The notes: a model not told the origin generated them from the letters alone. Numbered from the stretch's first letter, positions 1 to 15,380 are shown. The stretch: 64,000 nt of DNA from Selaginella moellendorffii (GCF_000143415.4 NW_003314283.1:506752-570751), one strand, 5' to 3'. Translations and numbers: made by a program.

Positions 1-459
1 TGCGATATAGATTCTATTGAGCTACATGGTTCAATCCTTGCAGCAAGTTGTAAGAATAAAGATGGTTATTTACATACTTCTTTTCTGCAGTTAAACTACC
101 TTTTGAGGAATGTATTTGGCTCCTTGTTCTTTTGCCCTCTACCATCTCTTAGAACTGAACTGATTTAAAAAATAATATATTAAAAAATTAAGGTAAAATT
201 ATTGTTGGTTTGCACTTTGTAATGATTCTATTATTATTAAGTTTTAATATTAATGAAGGCTGTTATAAAGAAAAAAGATTTCGGTGTTGCTGGAACAAAA
301 AAATTAAATTTTAACTATCTTTTTCTTTTTCATTGGCAGATAAAATTGTATGGGATATACTAAGAATATGTATTGAAAAATACACGTGGCAGCGACTCTG
401 GGAAAACCTCTTGGCTCAAATTTTTTTAGGGTTCTCTCTCCTTTTCCGGTTGTAATGCC

Positions 460-2090
460 ATGACGGAGAAGAAAGGTGATGGCGATGCCACCGCCAAGAA
501 CAACAGCAGCAACAAGGTATGGAAGCGTCCAGTCAAGAGATCGTTCACAGGCGCTGCCGCCGCCAATGCCGCCGCCGCTGCGGTGCGCTCCAGATCCTCG
601 CAGAAATCCTCCAGATCCAGCCTCACTCTCGCTCCCAAGGCCAGCAACGCGATCAATTCCCAGAATCCCACGCCAGCGTCCCTGGAGATCGTCCCCGACG
701 AGGCGCTGGGCAATATTTTGGGGCGGATCTCCGACGGGAGAATGCTGGCCCGGTGCGCGGGCGTGTGCCGGCGGTGGCGTCGCGTCTGTCGCCAAGTCCC
801 GGTTCTGAAGCTCGTGCTAAGGAAGATGCAAGCTTGGCAGGCGGAGGGCGTCATCTCGGCGGCGCTGCTCGAGAGGAAAGGCCTGCGGGACTTTGAAGTG
901 AGATTTGTGTGCCCGAGAAAGTATGCCTCGGAGGGAGTCCGCGAGAGCCGCGTCTTTGGCTGCCTGTGGAGGCTCAGCTCCAGCATCGAGACGCTGGCTT
1001 TGATCTGCCCAAACACCGTCTACTTCAAGCTCTGGACTTGGCTCGCAAAGTTCCCACGCCTGCTCAGCTTGAAGATCCACTGCGGGAGGATCGAAGAGAA
1101 CCCGTTGAACAACTGCCTGAATCAGCTCCGGCGCTGCGAGTTCTCCCGGACGATCATCGCGGAGCCGATGCTCGAGGACCTCGTCAAGTTCTCTCCAGTT
1201 CTCGAGGAGCTCGTGGTCGTGGGCTGCGACCCGATCGAGTCCCTGGCGCTGGAGAGCTCGAGCCTCCGGTATCTCAACTTGGTGGCCACCGAGGAGTATC
1301 CAATGAAGAGCTTGGAGCTCCTCACCCTGGGGCTCAAGGATCTCTACATTTGTCACGTCGAGGAGCTCCAAGTGAATGGCTACGAGCTCGTCCATCTCGG
1401 GATCTACTCGGCGTGCCAGCCTCGCATCTCGAGCTTGCATCATCTGCTCAGCTTGGAGATGGATGGCAAAGGCTGGGCTCTGGAATCTATAGAACACATC
1501 GTCTGTGCTGCACAAGTCGTCCGCCACCTTGTGATCAAGGCTTCCATCTCCGAGACGAGGCCTCTCCGGATCGAGCACTACTTGTCGCCGATGTTTTGCT
1601 TGCAAGCCGTGATCCTCGAGTCCAATCTTCTCGAGGTATGTGTTTTCTTAGCTTTCTTCTCTTCTTTCAGGGGACTGATTCGAGGTTTTCTAGCTTCTGT
1701 CCGCCAGTGCTTTTGCCGTGGCTTTGCGGAGATACCATTCGATGGAGACGAGCCAGTGTTTGCTCTCAAGAAGGTTGCAGTGAAGCTCTCGGAGGAGACA
1801 CGGGACTGCACGGGGCTGCTCAAGGCTCTGGTGAGCTACTGCCCGGATTTACAGATCTTGGTGGTGGATACGACGGAGCTCGAGCTTGGAAATCTCAGCG
1901 AGCTCCAGCAGCTCAAAGATCAGGAGCAGTCTCCCCAGCGGCGAGTTCTACTCTATAGTGATCCCAAAGACCAGCGCTTAGTGAAAGAAATCGCCGAGAT
2001 CCTTGCAGCGGACTCCAAAAAGGTAGAATTTTTTTTTTTTTTTCTTCTCTTGGTTAGAAACTAAACTTCTCTTTGTTTTCTCAGGTTTGA
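460..2090 (+). CDS. F-box/LRR protein
   Basis: ORF 460..2064 has an F-box motif (LEIVPDEALGNILGRI...CAGVCRRWRRV) followed by LRR-like repeats; probable introns 1636-1707 and 2023-2084, stop TGA 2088-2090. Confidence 0.8.
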
Positions 2091-2198
2091 ATTTAGAAGC
2101 CGCAAATATACACCAAAGATACGGTGAATTTAGAGTATGATCTATAATGGTCGTTCCTTTTTCCATGCTTTCTTGATCAAATTTTGCGATGGTTCTAG

Positions 2199-3499
2199 CT
2201 AGTACACTGGAACCTTGTCATCTACTCTGGTGGAATACGCATGAATCCCTCCAGACACATTGTGGAGGCGAGAGAATCCCTGTTCCACGTTTGTAAGGAT
2301 CATGTCAGCAATAAAAAGAAAACCAGTGAAATGTTAGACCTGGGATTTCAACCATTGAGCTGCTTGTAGCGATCTTACTCCATGGTGGCACTGCTCCAAA
2401 ACGGTCAAGCGAAGAACTTAAAAGCCAAAAACAAAGACTATACCACGACGAACGTGTCTTTGTCCGGATCAAGCGTGTCGCCGATTGTTGGTCCCCATTC
2501 TCCAAATTGGCTCAAAGGAAATGGCTTGAATCCATCCAGGCTAGCTATTTTTCTGCGAGAAAAATGAGTTTATAGAGCTTTACACAGAAGGATTGGGAGT
2601 AGAAATCCAAGCACTTACATCTCTTTGAGCTCTCTCACGTCAAGAAGTTGTGCGTTCTCCCTGAATTCGGGGTCTTTCATTCGCTTGGCGAGCTCTTCCG
2701 GTTGGATTTCCACCAAAAAGCCAGCTTGCCTGTGCACACAAGAGACTGTAAGTTATAACAGTGTGATACGATTGACAAAACCTTTCTGATAAAACTTGAA
2801 GTAGATGCCAGCCAAACTTCGTCTTTGCACGCACGATTTTGTTCAGCGGTGCGCTAAATGCTGCTTCTTCAAACTCGGGCACCTGATAGCAAGAACAAAA
2901 GGAAAACAAATGAGAAAACTCGCCAGGCCAATGTTTGTTTACCATGCGTCCTTTGCTGACCCATCCCAGCATCCCACCATTTTTCTTCGAGGGGCAAATC
3001 GAGTGCTCCGTGGCTAAGTCGCTCAAATCGATATCCTCTATAGAGAGAAGGAAAAAAATCACAGAGTCGAGAGAAAAGAAACGATTTGGAGACAATGGAA
3101 AGGTGGCTCATACCTTGAACGAGTCGTTTCTGGAGCTCAGTGAGCAATTGAAGCTGGTCCTCCTTGACGAGCAAGTGCTGGACTAAAATCTCCCGATCTT
3201 GATTCCCCGAAGTGCCTGGAGAAGGAAACAAGCTTGAATCCCGTGGAATGAAGATGAAGGTCGCGGAATTTTCACGAAATCTTACCTGCGCTGCAATACA
3301 TTCTATGCGCCGCTGCCGTGGCCACATCCTTCCAGCTCCTGGATTCGAGAAACCTGAATGCCGGATGGATTTTCTTCGCGGCCAGCCTCAGCGCAGGCAC
3401 CAAAGGCAGCGGCAATGCAGGGGCGGCGAGCGGCGCCATCGCTGCGCGGCGACGCCATTGGCAATGGAGCAACGCAATGGAGCCCTCGTAGCGAAGCAT
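2199..3499 (-). CDS. Rhodanese-like/PpiC (parvulin) domain protein, STR12-like, multi-exon, probably plastid-targeted
   Basis: Exon peptides ILVQHLLVKE, DLATEHSICPSKKNGGMLGWV, VPEFEEAAF...KTKFGWHLLQV (parvulin) and CHHGVRSLQAAQW...NVSGGIHAYS (rhodanese). Confidence 0.85.
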
Positions 3500-3748
3500 A
3501 TTCTCCACACAAGAAAGAAAAATGGACACAGTAACAAGATTCCAGAATAATTGATTGACTGTTTGACCCACTTGACCGTTGTTAGGTCTTTGACCAGATG
3601 CCACGTGTATTTTGCCACAACATTTTACTGAGACAAACAAAATATTTAATCGAATATGCCTTGGCGCCATAGATTTGAAAGCCCCGCCCATACTCTCTAT
3701 TCTCTCTTTACTTTCTTTCTTTTTCTATTAGGGTTCTAGGCCGGGGCG

Positions 3749-5317
<1,569 letters not shown>

Positions 5318-5776
5318 ACACAATTCATGTAAGTATATTCACTCTGCCGCTTTCTACACGGCATTCCAGGACTAACATTTTCTTTTCTTCTTCCCAGCAG
5401 GCTGACAAAGACCGCAAAACGAATAGAGCACTGTTCTCGGTGTGTATCTACGTAACTACAGCTCCTAAAGTAATTTCGCTACGTAAGTGTGGAAAACAAG
5501 TTTATAAACGAAATCAAACTAGTGGGATTCGAGGCAATTCTGACTGAAGAGAAAAATCAACTGAAATGGAAGCAAGGTGGAAGCTTTGGTAAAGAGAAAA
5601 AAAAATCAACCTTTGAAAACGTCTTTCGTTAGTCTTATTTACACGCAAAAGAGATTTTTAGTAAACAAAACAAGTCTCGGGTAGAATGGAGTTCAAGAAA
5701 GAAAAATGAGAGAAGCTCTTCATCCATAAATTGTGGAACTCAAGAATCTCCACTGCCGTGGCTTCGCAAACTTCAT

Positions 5777-7566
5777 ATGGCTGGGGGACTTACAGTTAGA
5801 AAAAATTTCTTATTCATTATGTTCTTTGAGATTCGTATTTTTTCGATCCAGGGATTCCTCCTCACGAAATGGCGCTCCTGGATCTTGCTCAACGATTCCT
5901 GGTCGAGCAAATGGTGGTACTCGACCGTGCACATTGTCACCGTGACGGTGGGAGCCGGGGTCTTGAGCTTGCCGACGGTCATGGCCTACTTTGGATGGTA
6001 AGATCTCTGATCGCTCACAAGAAGTTCCATCGATCACGATGAAACCAATCTTACTCCAGGGCGCTCGGAACTATGCTGCTGGTTGGATTCCTGATCCTGA
6101 GCCTGATGTGCTACTGGCAGCTGATTGAAATGCACGAGACTGAACATGGCCGCCGGTTCGATCGATACCACGAGCTGGGACAGCACATCCTGGGACGCCA
6201 TCTCGGATTCTGGCTCATTGCTCCGCTCCAGGCCATCGCCCAAGTGGGAATTGACACGGTTTACATCATCGCCGGGGCGAATTCCCTCGAGCACGTCTAC
6301 TCACTCTTTGACAAATGCAAAGAGCTGGACGTCCATAAATGCAAGGGCATCAACCTGACTTACTGGATGATATTGTTCATGGGGGTGCAGCTCTTGCTCT
6401 CGCAGCTCCCGCACTTTCAGTCCATCACCTGGGTGTCATTCATCGCTGCTGTTACAGCCATTGGGTAAAAAGCTGCTCTTTTTTCGCTTCGGTAAAATTG
6501 TTTACAGCTGTTTTACTACTTTGACAGGTATTGCACACTTGCCTGGGTTGGAATTCTGATTAAGCAACCTGCTTTAAGTTCAGGTTCAGCTGCATCTGCA
6601 CCTACACAATGTTTTCAGAATGTTGGGCATGGCTATCCACATGGTTCCAAAGCTCACTTAGCTTTCGGGATCTTCACCTCTCTCGGGAAGCTGGCATTTG
6701 CAGTAGCAGCCGGGCACAACATTGCTCTCGAGATCCAGGCCACGATCCCGAGCACTAGTCGCCACCCTTCGAAAAGAGCGATGTGGAGAGGGATTCTGGT
6801 GGCCTATCTGGTGGTTGCGTTTTGCTACTTGCCTGTGGCGCTTGTGGGATACAAGGTTTACGGGGATGAAACACGCGACTTGTGCTCCGGCTTGGACAAT
6901 GTCCTGCTCAGGCTCAGGAATCCCAAACCGATGATTGTTCTCGCGGATTTGATGGTTTTCATACATCTGTGTGGCAGCTACCAAGTACGTCGCTTGTTTT
7001 TTCCTCTGTTCTTGACAAGTGCAATTGTGCAGGTGCTTGCAATGCCACTTTTTAGCAATTTTGAGACGCTCGTGGAGAGGATGTTCAAATTTGAGGCGAA
7101 CCTCAAACATAGAATGATCATGAGATCGTGTTATGTTGGTAATTCTAAAACTTTTTCATGTGCAGGTCTTTTGTTTATGTTTTTCTTTTCTTCTTCTTTC
7201 AGCCTTCACGTTTTTGCTGGCCGCATCACTTCCATTTTTTAGTGACCTTCAGGCCTTTATTGGAGGTTTTGCATTAGTTCCTACAACTTACGTGGTAATC
7301 ATCTCATCATCTCATCATGATATTGCTAGATTTATTTCTTCTTTTCCAGATACCTTCCGTTCTTTGGCATTTTGAAAGAAAACCAGAAAGATATAGTCCC
7401 CAATGGATAGCAAACTTGGTAAGTGGAAATTCTCTGAAGTCCTTACTGCTCATACATTGATTTTTAGATCTGCATATCCTTTGGAACCGTGGTGATGTTT
7501 ACATCGACCACAGGTGGGCTTCGGAGTTTGATATTGAAAAGAGAAAAATCAAAGCCTTTTTCTTGA
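5777..7566 (+). CDS. Lysine/histidine transporter-like amino acid permease (AAAP family), copy 1
   Basis: KWWYSTVHIVTVTVGAGVLSLP, GRRFDRYHELGQ, HNIALEIQATIPS, MWRGILVAY...CYLPVALVGY; spliceable to a TGA at 7564-7566. Confidence 0.88.
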
Positions 7567-7852
7567 GCAATATATCGGTACAATTTGTTTTTCTTTTTTT
7601 CTTTCTCTCGAAGTCAGCTGTGTTTATAATGAAAAACTCAATTTACACCTGCAGCATGATTTGAAACTTTCATAGCTCACCAGAGTGGACACGCTGGTAA
7701 AAAGAGTGAGCTATGAGTGAGAATGCTTAAGAATGAATTAGTGAGGTGGGCTTCGGAGTTTGATATTGAAAAGAGAAAAATCAAAGCCTTTTTCTTGAGC
7801 AATTATCGGTACCTTCCAGAGGAAACGAAGGGAAGATCACCCAAAAGTCAGT

Positions 7853-8263
7853 TGTTGGCACGTTCAAGGATGGCAACTGTCATTTCTTTGCAAGTTTTCT
7901 TTTATTTGGGTGTAGCGATCTGATTCTCGTTGCTCTTAGTTGTAATGAAAGATCCCTTCTTCAGCGTTAATGAAAGTTTTACTTATTTAGTCTTTATAAA
8001 AGTGGTAAAAATTTGCAAAAAAAAGTATTAAAGTCAGTTGTTGGCATGTTCAAGTGTTTCTTTACCAGTTTCGAGCATGTCAAAACTGAATTCTATAGTT
8101 TTATAGAGATTAAATAAGTAAAACTTTCATAGCTCATAGTCAACATTAACACTGAAGAAGGGATCTTTCATTACAAATAAGAGCAACGAGAATCAGATCG
8201 CTACACCCAAAAAAAAGAAAACTTGCAAAGAAATGACAGTTGCCATCCTTGAACGTGCCAACA
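7853..8263. repeat. Long inverted repeat (hairpin or MITE-like) between the LHT paralogs
   Basis: 7853-7972 is a near-perfect reverse complement of 8144-8263; pairing continues as 7971-8000 with 8099-8129. Confidence 0.9.
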
Positions 8264-8384
8264 CCGACAGCGACACATGAACGAGGACTGGAACTCTCAC
8301 TGCTCACACGACTCATGAACTAGTTCCATGAGATCCATGTCTCAGGATTCTCCATCCCTTTATGTAGCTAGCTAGCTCTTGACA

Positions 8385-10172
8385 ATGGCTGGAATAAAGG
8401 TAGGTTCTAGAGATTCATCTCCTTCTTTCTAAATCCTCGCAAAAATCTCCCAGAAATCCCTCCTCAAGAGATGGCGCTCGTGGATCTTGCTCAACAATTC
8501 CTGGACAAGCCGGTGGTGGTATTCCGCGGTTCACATCACCACAGTGACGGTGGGAACCGGAGTTTTGGGCTTGCCGACAGTCATGGCCTTCTTCGGATGG
8601 TAATTGTGATGCTCCACTCTCTCCAGAACCGCGTGATCGACTCACAGGATCCAGGGAACTCGGCACCATCCTGATTGTGGGCTTCATGATCCTGAGCCAG
8701 ATGTGCTACTGGCAGCTGATTGGATTGCACGAGACCCAAGAGGGCCGCCGCTTCGATCGATACCCTGAGCTGGGACAGCACCTCCTGGGCGACTCTCTGG
8801 GATTCTGGCTCATCGCTCCACTCCAGGCCATCGCCCAAGTGGGAATCGACACAGTCTACGTCGTCGCGGGAGCGAATTCCCTCCAGCACATCTACTCGCT
8901 CTTCCACGAATGCAATGCTTTGGATTGCGGTGCCATGAAGTTGACCTACTGGATGCTCGTCTTCATGGCCGTCCAGCTCTTGCTCTCGCAGCTCCCACAC
9001 TTACAATCAATCACTTGGGTGTCATTCATAGCAGCAGTCACAGCCATTGGGTAAGAAACGAAGAAAAAAAGTTACTCTCTTTCACCTTCATCCTCTTCCA
9101 GGTACTGTACACTAACTTGGGTTTCCATTCTAATTAACCATCCACCTTCACCTTCACCGTCACCACCTTCACCTTCATCGTCTTCCGCGTGTTTCGCGAA
9201 TGTCGAGCATGGCTACCCGCAAGGATCCAAAGCTCACATAACTTTCGGGATCTTCACCTCTCTCGGTAAGCTGGCATTTGCGATGGCGGCCGCGCACAAT
9301 GTGGCTCTCGAGCTCCAGGCGACGATTCCAAGCACTCGCAATCGCCCCTCGAAACGAGCAATGTGGAGAGGGATGCTGATCGCGTATATCGTGGTCGCGT
9401 TTTGCTACTTGCCGGTGGCGCTGGTGGGATACCGGTTCTACGGCAACGAGACTCGCGATACTTGCCCGGGGATCGACAATGTCCTGCTCAGGCTCAAGAG
9501 TCCCAAACCGATGATTGTTCTCACGAATTTGATGCTTTTCATTCACTTGTGCGGTAGCTACCAGGTAAGCTTTCCATTTTCTCCAGAGGTTTTCTTCGTT
9601 CGAGCTCTTGGATGTGCCACAGGTGCTAGCGATGCCGATTTTCAGCAACTTTGAAACATTTTTGGAGAGGAAGTACGAGCTTGAGCTGAGCTTCATGCTG
9701 CGAACGATCGGCAGATATAGTTATGTTGGTAAGACTTTGATGATGATGAATCTCTTCGATGAATTTTTTTTACCTTTGAGCGCAGTTCTGACGTTGATGC
9801 TGGCCGCAGCGTTTCCTTTCTTTGGTGATCTTGAAGCCTTCTTTGGAGGTTTTGCTTTAATTCCAACGACTTACGTGGTAAGTTCCTGCTTGATACATCC
9901 AGAACTTAAGACTTTGTTTGTTTTTAGATACCTTCTGTTCTCTGGCATTTGAGTAGGAAGCCCGAGCCATTTAGTCCGCCATGGATAGCAAACCTGGTAA
10001 ATGAAATTAAAGACCAAAGAAAAAACTGTTTTAAAACTCTCTAGCTACTGACTCACATTGCATTTGTTTTTAGTTGTGTATTTCCTTTGGAATAGCGGTG
10101 ATGGCTACTTCGACGATAGGTGGCCTTCGTAACTTGATAATGAAACGGCGGGAACTGGAATTCTTTCAATAA
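8385..10172 (+). CDS. Lysine/histidine transporter-like amino acid permease, copy 2 (tandem paralog)
   Basis: Same motifs and intron positions as copy 1; stop TAA 10170-10172. Confidence 0.88.
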
Positions 10173-10606
10173 GTTGGGAGTCATTTACTCTCCATCCCTG
10201 TTAAACACAGCATCAGAGTGGAAACAGAAAAGAAAAATTCAAATGTTACTGCTAGACTACGTTCCAAGAAAAAGTACGTTGAGACAAAGTCGAGATCGAT
10301 TCCATCGCCACCGGCCCCCAGATGAAGCCTCTGCTCGTGAATAAAAAAACATTTTCCCAGTGAGGCTCATCTCTGTGGGACAGATGGAAGAAACCGTACC
10401 TTAGAAAGCGTTTTCTTCCTACGGTAGACGAGTCTTTGATGGAGAATCTTATTGTGGAGAGTAAAAAAAGAGGAGTAATCGCCGCTCCCAGGGCAGCCCC
10501 GAGTTGTGGCCTGCATATATAAGCGAGAAGCCTCGACGAGGAAGTGAACGAGTACCTTCCCATTCTTGAGTAGTTCTTTTTTTTTTTTTTTTTTTGTCCA
10601 GGCAAG

Positions 10607-13600
10607 ATGGTAGTCCTGGCGCAAGCCGACGAGAAGCGCCATACTTCTGCGTATGCCGTTCCATTCTTGGATCTCTTCAAGCACGCGGATGCATTCGATT
10701 TTCTTCTCATCGCCGCAGGCAGCCTGGGAGCCATTGCCAATGGACTCGCCATCCCTGCAATGATTCTCACACGGGGTCATATCATCGACAGCTTTGGAAG
10801 GCCACAGCTGCAAGCTTCGCAAATCAAAGACCAGATATTTGCGGTACCTTTTACTGTTCTTGCTCTGTCTTTTGACGATGTTCTTCTTGCTCTTGCTTTG
10901 TCTCTTTTGCTGATGTTGTTCTTGCTCCAGAACGCTCAAGTCTTCGTGTATATCGCACTGGGGGCATGGATCGCGTCGTACCTAGGTAAAAAACGTTCTT
11001 ATGTAGCTGATATTGAATCACGGGTGCGCTGGTTTCAGAGTTGAGTTGCTGGATGAGAGCTGGAGAGCGCCAAGCCAAAAGGATCCGGACGGCTTACCTC
11101 AGATCCGTCCTACGGCAGAATGTAGCTTATTTTGACACGAATGTCACCACCGGTGACGTCGTCAACAGCATCTCCACTGACGCCTTTCTCGTCCAGGAAG
11201 CGATTAGTGAGAAGGTGCTGATGAACACAAAAGCGAAAGCAAAACTAACCTCTTCGGCTTGTCTCTGCAGACGGGGAGCTTTATCCGAAATGCGACTCAG
11301 TTCCTCGGCTGCTACTTAGTCGGCTTCACCCAGGCGTGGAGGCTCTCACTCGTAGTGCTGCCTTTTACTCCGTTGCTTATCATGCCTGGGATGCTCTACG
11401 GGAAAGCGGTAACACGATTTGAAGTGCGAAAGAAATCCGCTTACAGCAAAGCAGGCAGCTTGGTGGAGCAAACAGTAGCTTCGATTCGAACAGTGTTCTC
11501 CTTCGTTGCAGAAGACAAGATTCTCAAAAGTTACTCTCAATTGCTGGAAGCGACAGTTCACCTGGGAGTGAAGCAGGGATATGCGAAAGGCTTGGCACTG
11601 GGATCCGGAGGAATAGCATTCGCAATATGGTCCTTTATGACATGGTATGGAAGTGTTCTCGTCATGCGCCGGCAGGCTAACGGTGCTGAGATTATTACAA
11701 CCGGCCTTGCTCTGCTCAACGGTGCAAGGTAAACATTAGAAAGAGAAAAAGTAATTTAAACTTGTACTCACTTCACTTGAGAGAATGGTCAGGTCGTTGG
11801 GATTTGCTGCTGCGAACATAAGAACATTCTCGGAAGGGCGGGTCGCAGCTCACAAAATATATGAAACAATTGCACGAGTCCCACCAATTGACGTTGACGA
11901 TGAAAATGGCGAACAGCTCACAAACGTTGCCGGGAAACTGGACTTCAGAAATGTTCTGCACAGCTATCCAGCCAGGCCTGGGGTGCAAGTCCTACAAGAA
12001 TTGAACTTAAGCATACCACCAGGTGAGAAAATCTTCGCTTACTTGTTATGACTCCCCTTGCAGGAAAAACGATTGCACTGGTTGGTGGCAGTGGATCCGG
12101 TAAGTCGACGGTAATAGCACTGTTGGAGCGCTTCTACGATCCTCTGCAAGGACAAGTTCTTTTAGACGGGTACGACATCAGGTCCTTGCAGTTGAAATGG
12201 TATCGTAAGCAAATTGGACTTGTGAGCCAAGAGCCTGCTTTGTTTGCTACTTCCATCAAGGAAAATATCTTATACGGAAAGGAAGATGCTGATTTCGACG
12301 AAATCCTTGAGGCATCTAATGCAGCCAACGCACACAGTTTTATAATGCAATTTCCAAATGCTTACGACACACAGGTACATTGGTACAAATCAAAGGACTT
12401 CCTTGGCTAACATTCGGCTTTAAAAAATATGCAAGGTCGGTGAGCGTGGAGCAAAGCTCTCTGGAGGACAGAAGCAAAGAATTGCTATTGCGAGAGCACT
12501 AGTAAAAAACCCACCTATATTACTCCTAGATGAAGCAACAAGTGCATTGGATACGGAATCAGAAGCAACAGTTCAAGCAGCACTGGACAAAGCAAGCCTG
12601 GGACGTACCACAGTGATTGTCGCTCACAGGTTGTCTACGATTCAGACTGCCGATTTGATTGCTGTCCTGCATTCCGGAAAAGTCATCGAGTTAGGAACAC
12701 ACGACGAACTGGTCTCGAAAGGCAAAGAGGGAGCCTACTCAGCACTCCTTTACTTACAAGGCAAACCTGGAATTGATACCACGACACCAGAGTCACCTCC
12801 AAGTCCCAAAGTATCTAGCCAACAAGCCATTCCAGAGCAGCTGAAACAAAATGACGGAGGATCAGATAACTCACCAAAATCAACTTTGTGGGATCTATTG
12901 ATATCTCTTACCCGAGGCAAGCGGACAGACGGAGCACTGGGGTTGGTTGGAGGAGTGGGTTTCGGATTCGTCCAGCCTTCTTATTCACTCCTTATCGGCT
13001 CCATGTTGACAGTCTACTACACGAAAAACCGAGAGGAACTGAAGGAGGCAGTATCTTTGTGCAGCATGCTGTTTGCGGCTATCGCAGCAGCGGCCTTCAC
13101 CGTTAATCTCCTGCAACATTACTGTCTTGCAGTAGTGGGTGAACATCTTACAAAGCAAGTGAGGGTCAAAATGCTTACGTCGATATTAAGTTTCGAAGTT
13201 GGATGGTTTGATAAGGACGAGAACAGCAGCGGCATGATCTGCTCCCGCCTGGCAACAGATGCAAACATGGTTGGTTTTTGTCATTTCAGATGTTTTTTTC
13301 TGATTGGTTTACTTACAGATTCGGAGTCTCGTCACTGATCGAGTGTCGTTGCTTGTTCAAACGGCCAGTGCAGTGGCGGTGAGCTTTATCATAGTACTTT
13401 TTGTCAACTGGAGAATGGGCCTGCTTGTCATCGGTATACAGCCCCTCCTTGTCTTCTGCTACTACGTAAAACTGGTGTTCTTGAAAGGCTTTGCCAAGAA
13501 AGCTGCCAAAGCACAAAATGAGGCTACTCAGATTGCAACAGAGGCGGTGTCTCAACACAGAACTGTGGCAGCTCTATCTGCACAAGACAAAGTCGTGAGC

Positions 13601-14744
13601 TCTATGAAGACGATGCTTGATGCAACAACAAAAGACGCAAAGAAACAGTCCCACATTGCTGGCTTTGGCCTTGGAGTCGCAAACTTCGTCCTCTATGCGT
13701 CTTGGGCCCTTCAGTTCTGGTATGGAGGGGTGCTACTGACCCAGGGAAAGGCAACCTTGCAGGACGTTTTCAAGGTGTTCTTCGTGTTCTTGAGCACTGG
13801 CCGGGTCTTGGCCGAGGCTCTCAGCTTAGCACCGGACTTGGCCAAAGGATCTGCAGTCATCGAGTCAGTGCTTAGCATTCTAAACAGGAAGACAGAGATC
13901 AACGCGGACGACACGAATTCTGCCAAAGTTGGCAGAATCGAAGGAGAGGTGGAACTTTGCAATGTGGACTTTGCATACCCATCGAGACCGGAGATGATGG
14001 TTTTCAAGAGCTTCAACTTGCGAGTAGAGGCGGGGAAATCTGTGGCGCTAGTCGGCCAAAGCGGATCCGGAAAATCGACAATCATAGGACTCATACAGCG
14101 ATTCTACGATCCCTTGCAAGGCATGGTGATGATCGATGGAAGGGATATAAGAACACTTCACCTGAGATCACTGAGAAGGCAGCTTGCACTCGTCGGCCAG
14201 GAGCCCGTCCTCTTGGCGGCCAGCATCCGCGACAACATCGCCTTTGGCCAGGAATCCTGCAGCGAGCAAGAGATTATCCACGCATCAAGCATCGCCAATG
14301 CCCACACATTCATAAGGTGAGAAGAGCGAGAGCGAGAGAGAAGAGCGATCGATCGAAATATGTGACTTACATTGGGATCTTTCCAGCTCCTTGCCCGATG
14401 CCTACAACACGGCCGTTGGAGAGCGAGGTGCGCAGCTCTCGGGAGGGCAGCGGCAGCGAATCGCCATAGCCAGGGCGATCCTCCGGAACCCCGCAATATT
14501 GCTCCTGGACGAGGCCACCAGCGCCCTAGACGCGGAATCCGAGCGCCTCGTCCAGGATGCGCTGAGCAAAACGATCATCGGCCGGACGACAGTGACGATC
14601 GCGCACAGACTCTCCACGATCAAGAGCTGTGACAGCATCGCGGTGATCCAATCAGGGCGCGTTGTAGAGATCGGATCTCACGAGGAGCTTCTCGGCAGAG
14701 GAGAAGAGGGCGCCTACTCGTCCCTCCTTAGGATGCAGACCTAA
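10607..14744 (+). CDS. ABC transporter B family (MDR/P-glycoprotein), full-size, multi-exon
   Basis: Two TMD-NBD halves; Walker [10 protein letters not shown] and [17 protein letters not shown] and LSGGQRQR signatures, [11 protein letters not shown]. Confidence 0.95.
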
Positions 14745-15204
14745 AATTCATATCATTTTTATAATTTCTTAAACCTTCGTTTATGTTTAGTACGAGTCCA
14801 GCAAGTGCTAAGTGGTTTACAAAGAAGTTCAATATAAAACCTCTTTATAGACAGTGTTAATTGTAAAAATAGAAGGATCTTGTGGAAAGAGGTGACCCTG
14901 GCATGTGGTGTTTTGAACTTTAATTTCAAATCCATGTCAAGATGTGCATTTTGATAAAGCCACATAAAGTTGCCCATGAGTGAAAACTGGGTGGGGCAAA
15001 TAAACTCGAACTCAGTTAAACATCTATCCTTGGCATTTGGAGATTGTTAAGTAGTAACCCAAATGAATTGGAAATTGTCATTTGGACATTTTGAATGAAA
15101 TTTTTGTATTTGATGGTATTAGTGTGATACGTGGGATAAAAACTCTTGTCTCTTTAAATTGCCTGTGTGAGGGCCAAGTGTACGGCTACGATGCCGTATA
15201 CTAA

Positions 15205-15379
15205 TGTGAGGGCCAAGTGTACAGCTACGATGCCATATACTAATATTAGCGTAGTGGGATTTTGGTAGCCGTCGGATTGGTTTCAATCCGGACCACTCGC
15301 TCCTGTATATAAGCTAGGGTTTTTGGGCTAATTGATATGCACATTTCTATATTCCCTTTCCATATTCCATGCACTCACA
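15205..15379 (+). repeat. 5' LTR of gypsy copy 1, preceded by a 39-bp duplicate of its own start (15166-15204)
   Basis: Direct repeat of 20043-20217 with 7 differences, all transitions. Confidence 0.95.
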
Positions 15380-15380
15380 T

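Noticed and set aside
304-1958. Long overlapping and antisense ORFs over the F-box/LRR gene, and similar ones over LHT, ABCB and VPS39
   Set aside because: Shadow ORFs of GC-rich coding sequence with no independent motifs
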